A stretch of 64,000 bases of DNA, taken from positions 64,001 to 128,000 of the IMG/VR virus record IMGVR_UViG_3300018916_000001. One strand, written 5' to 3'. The DNA comes from a virus. Every line of letters starts with the position of its first letter. The first letter of the stretch is position 1. Shown here piece by piece: positions 56,984 through 64,000 of the stretch. The translations under genes were made by a program, and so were the position numbers. The notes below the pieces were generated by a model that had not been told where the DNA came from, searched no databases, and worked only from the letters and a program-made list of their open reading frames with translations.

Positions 56984-57535
56984 CTAAGAGTTTGTCTCTA
57001 ATTTTTTTAGTTCATCTAATAGTTCTCTGACTAAATCAGGATATTTACCATGGGTACCAATAGGATGACTTCCATAAATTTGATAGAATCTCTTTACAAA
57101 TTTCTCTAAACTTTTCTCTTTAGTGAATATATCTGCTAACTTATCTAACTTTTGCTCTATTCTTTCTAGACTATTAGGTATTAGTTGCTTCTTCTCTTCA
57201 GAAATTTTCCAATTGATATATTTCTTAAATTTAGTAATGTTAGCTTCTTCGTCTTCTCCATAAGTTTTGTAATCTAATTCTTTGCAATAACCACCTTTCC
57301 TCTTTTGTCCGTAATTGTCCTCTATTAATCCTAGTTTTAAGAGATAACCTTTATACTCAAAAGACTTTATAAGATTATCTACCTCCCATCTAAACCTACT
57401 AACTAATTGATAAAGACTACAACCTTTCCATGCACCATTTATAAAAGAAAGAGTAGATTCATCACATTTAGTTTTAAAACCGTTATATTCTTCCTCAATC
57501 TCTAAAATGTAACCTTTATACTCTAGTTTCATCAT
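56984..57535 (-). CDS. Tandem HicB-N-like domain protein (2 domains + helical tail)
   Basis: LEYKGYILEI...G.SL.QL..RFR.EVD and FEYKGYLLKL...GYCKEL....G......KFKKYIN. Confidence 0.7.
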   Translation of the reverse strand: MMKLEYKGYILEIEEEYNGFKTKCDESTLSFINGAWKGCSLYQLVSRFRWEVDNLIKSFEYKGYLLKLGLIEDNYGQKRKGGYCKELDYKTYGEDEEANITKFKKYINWKISEEKKQLIPNSLERIEQKLDKLADIFTKEKSLEKFVKRFYQIYGSHPIGTHGKYPDLVRELLDELKKLETNS

Positions 57536-57687
57536 TACTTTCTCCTTAAATACTGGTCATAAAACACTACTGAATCGTTTTTATCATTTAGTATTCCAAC
57601 TTCTATAAATTGGTCACTATTATCTTGAAGCTTGAATACTTTCTTAGTTCTTTTAATACTACTAGAATCAGCTAAGTTAATTTCCAT
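57535..57687 (-). CDS. Unannotated 50-aa protein, single-unit paralog of the 56394 ORF
   Basis: MEINLADSSSIKRTKKVFKLQDNSDQFIEVGILNDKNDSVVFYDQYLRRK*. Confidence 0.55.
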   Translation of the reverse strand: MEINLADSSSIKRTKKVFKLQDNSDQFIEVGILNDKNDSVVFYDQYLRRK

Positions 57688-57692
57688 TGTAT

Positions 57693-57908
57693 TTAATCTC
57701 TAGTAACTATACGAATTGTCATTTCTTCTCTTTTCTCTAGCTCTGATGCCGTAGAGATAAAACTACCAATTAGAGTGTTAAAATCTACTTTCCAACAATC
57801 TTCACAAAAAGAAAGAATATCAAGACAAGAAGTTTTATAGCAATCTTTTTCTTCCTCTATACTTTCTACGGTTAAGATATATCCATTACATTTACATTCA
57901 AACTTCAT
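57693..57908 (-). CDS. HicB-N-like domain protein, paralog of the first domain of the 56984 ORF
   Basis: GYILTVE......YKT.C...LSF....WK....L...F. Confidence 0.55.
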   Translation of the reverse strand: MKFECKCNGYILTVESIEEEKDCYKTSCLDILSFCEDCWKVDFNTLIGSFISTASELEKREEMTIRIVTRD

Positions 57909-57937
57909 TTAAACCTCCAGCTAATTTGTAAGGATAT

Positions 57938-58234
57938 TCACCAATTATGTAACTTAGCCCAATCTCTTAACTTAACATTGTCTTCTACTAATTGATTGTG
58001 AAATTTATAGTGTATCTCTTCATCAATTCTTCTTTCTATTTGTTCTATAAGATGAGTGAGAGAATCTGAATCATACCAACCATTAAGACCTAGAATTTCA
58101 CCTGATAAACATTCTCGTTCTGCGTCTAGATATATCTCGTATTTGTAATCTCGATATTCTTTAGTTAAGACAGGATTAAAGTCACCTTCTAGTTCATTTA
58201 TTTTTATTTTCTTTACAATATTCAGGAGGGACAA
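57938..58234 (-). CDS. HicB-N-like domain protein
   Basis: EYRDYKYEIYLD.E...L.GEILGL......DSL..L...IE..IDE. Confidence 0.6.
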   Translation of the reverse strand: MSLLNIVKKIKINELEGDFNPVLTKEYRDYKYEIYLDAERECLSGEILGLNGWYDSDSLTHLIEQIERRIDEEIHYKFHNQLVEDNVKLRDWAKLHNW

Positions 58235-58475
58235 GTTCTTCTAGAAAGTAATCGTACTTATCTAGTTCAATCTTGACTTTAATAAACTGAGATAGATAAT
58301 CTACTTGTTCTTGATTTTCAAGATAACAACCATTAAAATATCTTTCCCGATTAAGAAGTCCTAAAGGCTCTAACTCATCTTCATTTAGTCTTTCTGTTAA
58401 ATATTCCTTACCTATTTGTGTTTCAGTTTCTTTATCTACCCAAAACAAAGCTGCTAACATAAAATTAGATTTCAT
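58194..58475 (-). CDS. Colicin E3/cloacin immunity (Im3)-like protein
   Basis: LFWVDKETETQIGKEY..LEPLGL..FNGCY..YLSQFIKVKIELDKYDYFLE versus Im3 as recalled: [47 protein letters not shown]. Confidence 0.65.
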   Translation of the reverse strand: MKSNFMLAALFWVDKETETQIGKEYLTERLNEDELEPLGLLNRERYFNGCYLENQEQVDYLSQFIKVKIELDKYDYFLEELVPPEYCKENKNK

Positions 58476-58662
58476 TGTCTCCTCCTGACAAATTCAAATC
58501 GTCTAATCTAATAAACTCTGAGTTTTCTTCTTTAGCTACTTGTACAGATATCTCAAATGCTTTAGTATCAGAGAAACCTAACTCATCCAATGCAAATTCG
58601 TAAGAGTCTAAATCGAATTGAGTTAAATTAAGTGGAATGTCTGAGTTAGTCATTATCTTCAA
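58465..58662 (-). CDS. Small acidic protein resembling an antitoxin C-terminal tail
   Basis: D.KAFE.....AKEENSEFIRLDDL; weak match. Confidence 0.45.
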   Translation of the reverse strand: MKIMTNSDIPLNLTQFDLDSYEFALDELGFSDTKAFEISVQVAKEENSEFIRLDDLNLSGGDNEI

Positions 58663-58885
58663 CCTCTATGAAATAATCGTACTTAGTTACGTCAATATTA
58701 AGTTTTACTAATTGAGTAAGATAATCTATTTGCTCTTGAGTTTCTACTTTATTACTACAAAATCTAAGTAACCCTAATCTCTCTAGTTCTGTTTCATCTT
58801 GTACATTTAGACTGACTTTTCCTATAGAAGCTTCACCGTTATAACCGTTTTCCCACTTTGTCCACCAACTAAGAATCTTATCCAT
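58646..58885 (-). CDS. Second Im3-like paralog
   Basis: LSWW.K....IG....LE.LGL....ETQEQIDYL.Q.VK.NID..KYDYFIE. Confidence 0.6.
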   Translation of the reverse strand: MDKILSWWTKWENGYNGEASIGKVSLNVQDETELERLGLLRFCSNKVETQEQIDYLTQLVKLNIDVTKYDYFIEVEDND

Positions 58886-59101
58886 GACTGCTAATTATTA
58901 AGTACAAAACTATCTGAACTAATACGATTAAGCTAAGAACTTGAAGAATCAACAAAATCATTGAACTCTTTTAGTAATTGATATAATTTTTCTGCTGCGT
59001 TAGGATCACCTTTATCTATTTTTTTAATGCTATCTCCATTTTGTCTAATAATTCTTTTCGTTTCTTAGCTTTTGGACTTAGTTCTCGTTGATTCATACCT
59101 T

Positions 59102-59287
59102 CTACCCAATTTTTAGAAATATAGAAATACTATCTATTAATTCTTGCAGTGAACTAAAGTTATCAAGAAATATTGTTTCTCTAACTCCCCAATAATAGCC
59201 ATCTTTATTTTCTCCCCAGTACAAATCATCAAATGTATTTGTCAGAAATCCAAGTAAATCTAGATAAAAGCTTTGACTATATCTCAT
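59102..59287 (-). CDS. Hypothetical protein
   Basis: 61-aa ORF. Confidence 0.45.
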   Translation of the reverse strand: MRYSQSFYLDLLGFLTNTFDDLYWGENKDGYYWGVRETIFLDNFSSLQELIDSISIFLKIG

Positions 59288-59296
59288 ATAATTAAT

Positions 59297-59324
59297 AAGG
59301 AGAGCTTATAATAAAACTCCCCTT
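59297..59324 (-). terminator. Hairpin after the nrdJ transcription unit
   Basis: AAGGGGAG...CTCTCCTT on the - strand. Confidence 0.5.
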
Positions 59325-59340
59325 GATAACGTTTACTTAT

Positions 59341-59568
59341 TTAAACTTTAAATGTGATATCTACACTAACCATCTCAGTAATAAAGTTAGCTAGACAAGC
59401 TCCTTTACTACCGTACCAATTCTTTGATTCTATCCATATATCATCTTTAAAGTATCTCCATTTATAAGCATCATATCCACAGCTATCTACGTGAACAAGA
59501 ATCTCAAATACTTTATACGTCACTATTTCTTCTTTTGCTTCCATTATTTTTTCTCCGGTAATAGACAT
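59341..59568 (-). CDS. Hypothetical protein
   Basis: ORF downstream of nrdJ; the likely start is the internal Met (MEAKEE). Confidence 0.5.
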   Translation of the reverse strand: MSITGEKIMEAKEEIVTYKVFEILVHVDSCGYDAYKWRYFKDDIWIESKNWYGSKGACLANFITEMVSVDITFKV

Positions 59569-60617
59569 TTATCTGAGTCACATCCAGCATTTCCAGAATC
59601 AGCTACAAAATCCAACCCTTTAGAATATTTATTTACTAAGGACACAAAATCAGTAGAGACTTGGCGATTTTTTACATCTTCCATTAACTCTAAATATTTA
59701 GCTTCTGTAATAGGTTCAAAAGGAAGTCTAGGAAACGTCTCTTTAGCTTCAAATTTAGCTAATAACGCTGCTGAGATATAACCTTCGTCATTCTGAATTA
59801 AATCATGAATAGCAGTTCCTAATGGTTCAATTTCATTTTCTGAAAGTTCGATAGTAGCAGATGAGGAGTGAGTAGTATAGAAGTTATGAACTTGCATATA
59901 AAAGTCCAATTGAGCTAATGCACTACAGTCTTTAGGGTTAAAATCTGCCTCATCACCTATTTTTGCCCAATTAACTTCTACTGGAATTTCTACTAACCAT
60001 TCTGTAACTCTTGGGTCATTAGGATCGTTTAGTAAATTACCTTCTTCATCTTTACAATCTTGAGAGGGAATAATGTTGTAACCGTAATCTCGACAAGCAA
60101 GTGCCACTGGGTCATTTACTCTATACGTAATTCGTCGGATATAACGAGTTGCTTTAGGAGGATGCCAACCAGCACTAGCTCCAGTTAGAAGAGATTTACT
60201 TCCACTAGGAGCAATAGCAGTATATCTATTAGGAACTCTTATTCCATTCCTTTCACAGAATTCTACTACTGTATCTCTAACTACATTTTTCCATCTAGTT
60301 AAATATTCTCTTTCTGTCTCTAAAAAATAAGAAGCTTTTTCGTAATCTCTACTTCTACCAGTTTTCCACCATCTTAACCAGTCAGCTCCAAATAGATTGA
60401 CGAAGAAGTCGAATAATCCAGTAATACAAACACCAATAATAGGGTCAACTTCCCTAGAATATCTAAGTTCTTCAATATCAAATTCGTGTTGAAGTAATGG
60501 TAGAGCTGCTAATGTAGATGCTTTGAATGCTTCTTCTTGCTGTTTAATATCTAATGGGTCTAGTAAATTAGCATGAACGTCGGCTAAATTACATAAAAAC
60601 GTGTTACCAATAATTTC
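59544..60617 (-). CDS. nrdJ: Class II (AdoCbl-dependent) ribonucleotide reductase, exon 2
   Basis: Open frame EIIGNTFLCNLADVH...DPIIGVCITG...TAIAPSGSKSLLTG..AGWHPPK...GCDSDKC; includes the track ORF 59544-60107. Confidence 0.95.
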   Translation of the reverse strand, partial: EIIGNTFLCNLADVHANLLDPLDIKQQEEAFKASTLAALPLLQHEFDIEELRYSREVDPIIGVCITGLFDFFVNLFGADWLRWWKTGRSRDYEKASYFLETEREYLTRWKNVVRDTVVEFCERNGIRVPNRYTAIAPSGSKSLLTGASAGWHPPKATRYIRRITYRVNDPVALACRDYGYNIIPSQDCKDEEGNLLNDPNDPRVTEWLVEIPVEVNWAKIGDEADFNPKDCSALAQLDFYMQVHNFYTTHSSSATIELSENEIEPLGTAIHDLIQNDEGYISAALLAKFEAKETFPRLPFEPITEAKYLELMEDVKNRQVSTDFVSLVNKYSKGLDFVADSGNAGCDSDKCLLPEKK

Positions 60618-61513
60618 CAGTTTTGTTATCCTAGTGGCTTTTTATCCTCTAGTTCTATAGATTCTCTATTCTCTATAGCTCGGCGTACCTTTTCATCTTT
60701 TTACGGATGCCCTGCACTCTTGGAGCTACACCAAAAAAGTATAGGAGAAAATTTTCTCGGATTATATTTTTTGTAAGTTATGTCTTTTAACTGCCCTTCT
60801 AATAGTATCTTCGTGAACTCCAAGAAGATTTGCAATTGCTTTCTGTGATAGTTGCTGAGCAATATAAAGTTCCAAAAGAATATCTTTGGTAATTTTACTG
60901 CTTCTATCTGGTAGATTATGTTGTTTTGGTCTAGTAATACCATACCTACTAACAACTTTTTGAATTTGGTATCTAGAAACTTTATATAAGTGGGCTAGAT
61001 GTCTAGTGGAGTGACCTTTAAGATACAAATCAACAACGTTAACAATTTCACTTTCAGGTAATTCTAGAGGTTTTCTCCTCCATTTTTGACCACCTGGACA
61101 TAAATTGTAACCTTTTGCGATGGAGTCGTATAATTGTATATAAAACTCCTCACGCTGATTTAGTTGGTCTAGAGATATAGACTCTTCTAGCACCTCGAAA
61201 TAAAATTTATCTTTACCGTATTTAGCAATTGCTCTACTTATTATTTGGGAGCGATTAGTTTTTAGCAGCTTTAGATGCTGCTTAAATCTTTTTACAACAG
61301 GCTGTATCGTCTGACCAATGTAGACTTTACTATTTATTGTATTTCTAATAATGTAGATACTACCTGTTTCAGTTTCCATAACATAATTTACAAAAGTTCA
61401 CCCTCTACGCTCTACGGTGTCAAAAGCATATTACCTCTTCTGATTACCACGGGATTAGCAATTCACAGCCTTCCCCGTTTTTGCAAGGTTTTTTAATTGA
61501 GGCAATATTATTT
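60618..61513 (-). mobile_element. Group I intron (896 nt) in nrdJ
   Basis: The 5' exon ends in U (GGT|) and pairs with GCC in P1; P3 CCTTGC/GCAGGG; P4 elements ACGGGGAA/AATCCCGT; P7 GAGCGTA/TACGCC; terminal G at 60618. Removal restores CG|EI. Confidence 0.92.
60762..61379 (-). CDS. Intron-encoded GIY-YIG homing endonuclease with C-terminal HTH modules
   Basis: GSIY.I.N..N.KVYIGQT...RF..H, E..YI..YDS...GYN...GG, followed by two HTH-like units. Confidence 0.92.
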   Translation of the reverse strand: METETGSIYIIRNTINSKVYIGQTIQPVVKRFKQHLKLLKTNRSQIISRAIAKYGKDKFYFEVLEESISLDQLNQREEFYIQLYDSIAKGYNLCPGGQKWRRKPLELPESEIVNVVDLYLKGHSTRHLAHLYKVSRYQIQKVVSRYGITRPKQHNLPDRSSKITKDILLELYIAQQLSQKAIANLLGVHEDTIRRAVKRHNLQKI

Positions 61514-63193
61514 ACCACAATTGTGCGTAACTACTCCTTCTACTACTCCCCAATTAGTAAGCGGTTCAGTAAAATCATAAACTTTAGCTACTCCTGAAGG
61601 TTTTACAGATATAACAAATGGATTTTCTTTTTCTTTATCAAAAGATTGTAGAGTCTCCATTAATAAAAACTCAGCAGCTACTTCTCTATCATCTGATGTT
61701 AGAAAAATATGGTCGAGTGTACAATAAATCTTCTTATCGTTAGAAAGAGTAAGTTCTACTGTTTCTTTTACCCCTGTTTGCCAAACCTTAGATTCACTAA
61801 TATCTCCATTAGGATTAATGATATTAAACGTCTTTCCTTCTAACTCCTCTAGTGTTTTATAACCTTCTGTAGTGAGCAAGTTCGCATCTCCTCGGAGGCT
61901 AGGATTTAAACCGTAACGACGAATCCTATGTTCTAGCTCTCTACCATCCATCTCAGGAGATAACTCTTTTAAGTAATTAGCTCCTTTCCTAATAGAAGTT
62001 ACATAAGCATTAATAAACTTTTTCTTCTTCTTCGGAGTATCTAATAAATCTGCATTTGCCCTTGCTACTGCTTCTGGTACATATTGAATGGCTCCTTCTC
62101 CACTATAAAATTGCTTTCTAACAGCTTCAATAGTAGTTTCTAAATCAGGTTTAACGTGATAGCTAACAGTTAAATTAGCCATTCGCAACATATCTCTTTC
62201 GGGGTCTACTTTCCAATTCCCTTCTTCATCTTGAATCCATAAACCTAACTTAGCATTAGTAAAGTTTTCATCATCTGGACTTCCTTGATGCAAAAGTGCT
62301 GACCTTCTTATATCAGCTACAACAGTGATAACACCTGCAATGTCTAGTAATTTACAGCACTCTAGACTATTTAATCCTCTACCTGCTGCCTTAGTGATAA
62401 TATTAATCATATCAAGTAGACCAGAAATCAACTTATCTGGATTACTTAATCCTCCAAAGCTCTTAAGAACTTTCCCTTTAGGTCTTACGTAACTTGCATC
62501 TATTCTAAAATTAATTTTTTTATATTTATAATCTTTTGGAAAATCAGAATAATCTACACCCCACGTCCCAATATTAGAATCTAGTAAATAAGTAGAACTT
62601 AGTTCTAGTAAATCAGTTGCCATATCTACCCAACCTTCTTTACTATCTCCAACAATATAATTAATACCTAACGTATCATCATCGATTTTCCAAGTTGAAA
62701 AACTACTATCATCAATACTATTTCCTTCTACCCAATTTGTTCCTAACTCTGTAATCTCTACTACTTCAATAGGATATTTAATACTAGGTAAGTTTTCAAT
62801 TACCTGTTCTTCAACTACTGTTCCAACTCCACATCCCATCAATAAAGCCCGGAAGTTAAATCTAAACGCTTCCCAGCTATCGACAGGTACACTAGCACAG
62901 TTATAAGCACCGATAAAATTCTTCTGCTGTTTAACCCAATTAGTTCCTCCAATCCAAAACCAACGTCCAGATACAAAAACAATATTTCTATAAAAATACT
63001 CTCTTATTAATCTTAATTCATCATCAGTTAGCAATTCAAAATCTTGTAGTCCCTTAATTGCTCTATCTTTAGCTTCTAACGCAGTTTCCTTAGTTCCATC
63101 TAATGATGTTCTAGAGTAACTTCTAAGAAAGAGAGGATAAGCAGTGTTAGCTTTAAAATCAACGTTTTTAGGTAGCTTCATATTTTTAGTCAT
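61514..63193 (-). CDS. nrdJ: Class II ribonucleotide reductase, exon 1 (contains an intein)
   Basis: RSYSR, SGR.FW.GGT, YNC, LMGCGVG, VGDSKEGW, VRP.G..LK.FGG, IRRSA, RMAN, SGEGAIQ, YGLNP. Start taken at ATG 63193 (track start 63226). Confidence 0.95.
61520..61900 (-). mobile_element. 127-aa mini-intein (Ser1 ... His-Asn, +1 Cys), no endonuclease
   Basis: NP|SLRGDANLL; block B CTLDHIFLT; block F VYDF; block G VVTHN|C. Confidence 0.92.
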
Positions 63194-63377
63194 GTTCTGT
63201 ATAAAATTCGTAAATAATAAAATCAATATATTTAGTAAGGTCTAGCTCAGTTAATTTCTTAACTACATAATCTTTAGTTGGATAAGCAGTAAAACCATCT
63301 TTTACACTTAATTGCTGTAACACAATCATTATTCCTTCTTCTCGTCCTGTTTGAAAATAACTAAGTGTTCTATCCAT
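63186..63377 (-). CDS. Hypothetical protein
   Basis: 63-aa ORF overlapping the nrdJ start. Confidence 0.5.
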   Translation of the reverse strand: MDRTLSYFQTGREEGIMIVLQQLSVKDGFTAYPTKDYVVKKLTELDLTKYIDFIIYEFYTEHD

Positions 63378-63433
63378 TTATTTAATGTTCTGATATTCTA
63401 ACTTTTAAAATTTAGTAGATACACATTGATAAC

Positions 63434-63691
63434 TTATTCTTTATTATTCCTTTTATCCAATTTCAAAATCTTATCTACACTTCTTTTCATTCTTCCTTTT
63501 AGATATTCAATTTCACACAATTCAATTTCTAACTTAGCTGACTCAAATAGTTCTTTAGGATTAGAACCTCCGACTATAATTTCTATGTCATTACATTCAG
63601 AGCCAAAGATATCAGCTAACCATAAGTGAGGAAAACTAGGTGTTCTTATACAATTTCTATCTATAATTACTTCATAGTTTTTATATAGCAT
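63434..63691 (-). CDS. HicB-N-like domain protein
   Basis: MLYKNYEVII.......W.A.I........GG.NPKEL.E.AK..IE. Confidence 0.55.
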   Translation of the reverse strand: MLYKNYEVIIDRNCIRTPSFPHLWLADIFGSECNDIEIIVGGSNPKELFESAKLEIELCEIEYLKGRMKRSVDKILKLDKRNNKE

Positions 63692-63713
63692 TCTCTAGCT
63701 CAAGATTTAATGT

Positions 63714-63959
63714 CTATACTAAATCTAAATGAAGAGATTCTACAAACTTAATATCTTTACTCTGTTTTGAGATATCTTCTTCTTTCATTACTTCTTCATT
63801 TATATAGAGACTTAACTCATTCTCTCGTTTTAAACTCGTTAAACCATCAATAATATATCTTAACTCTTCAATAGTTACAGAAATTTTCACTTGTCTTTTC
63901 TTATCACTGTAAAATCCTTCATCTTCTAGAAATTCAGTTAATTCTCTCATTATTTTCAC
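63714..63959 (-). CDS. Hypothetical protein
   Basis: 81-aa ORF. Confidence 0.5.
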   Translation of the reverse strand: MKIMRELTEFLEDEGFYSDKKRQVKISVTIEELRYIIDGLTSLKRENELSLYINEEVMKEEDISKQSKDIKFVESLHLDLV

Positions 63960-64000
63960 CTTCTAGAATTTTATCTATATACTTTTCTCTTTCTCTTAGA

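Noticed and set aside
59544-60107. Track ORF of 187 aa as a separate gene
   Set aside because: It is the distal part of nrdJ exon 2; the frame is open up to the 3' splice site at 60617.
60701-60955. 84-aa ORF overlapping the GIY-YIG gene and the intron core
   Set aside because: Alternative-frame shadow with no recognisable motif.
21694-63629. Other opposite-strand ORFs nested in or overlapping longer genes (e.g. 21694, 22095, 24090, 24592, 24893, 28436, 36742, 40236, 47537, 48674, 49952, 53889, 59491, 61275, 63426)
   Set aside because: They overlap better-supported genes on the other strand and have no independent motif.
1-64000. CRISPR array, diversity-generating retroelement, integrase or transposase
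   Set aside because: No regularly spaced DNA repeats, reverse transcriptase, TR/VR pair or recombinase motifs were seen.
1-64000. Stop-codon reassignment
   Set aside because: Known genes are full length in the standard code, all three stops end genes, and no suppressor tRNA was found.

Overview
An AT-rich segment of a large tailed dsDNA phage with siphovirus-type tail genes. The host is probably a cyanobacterium, judged from the cyanobacterial-type NrdJ C-terminus (GCDSDKC) and cyanobacterial-style HigA proteins. Positions 1-34.6 kb are mainly + strand virion genes: neck and tail completion, tail tube, a frameshifted chaperone pair, a 3220-aa tape measure with an 89-aa repeat, and tail tip and fibre genes. 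Islands of small - strand genes interrupt this block. Positions 34.6-64 kb are a - strand early/middle region. It holds an isolated + strand portal gene, tRNAs, a sulfotransferase-GT2 fusion, an HD hydrolase, an N6-adenine MTase, a SLOG protein, folA/thyA/CYTH, PduO-like and Thg1-like genes, a freestanding endonuclease and a class II ribonucleotide reductase. The catalytic NPCGE loop of that reductase is interrupted by a 127-aa mini-intein and, two codons later, by an 896-nt group I intron carrying a GIY-YIG endonuclease. The most striking pattern is a large set of toxin-less antitoxin/immunity-like genes: about 14 HicB-N-like domains in 10 ORFs, two HigA, a DUF1778/TacA C-terminal half and two colicin-E3-immunity-like paralogs. 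These sit alongside fragments of translation machinery (a CysRS anticodon-binding domain and a GGQ-less release-factor domain) and atypical tRNAs, suggesting a translation-protecting counter-defence arsenal. All family calls are by-eye motif recognition; no searches were run.
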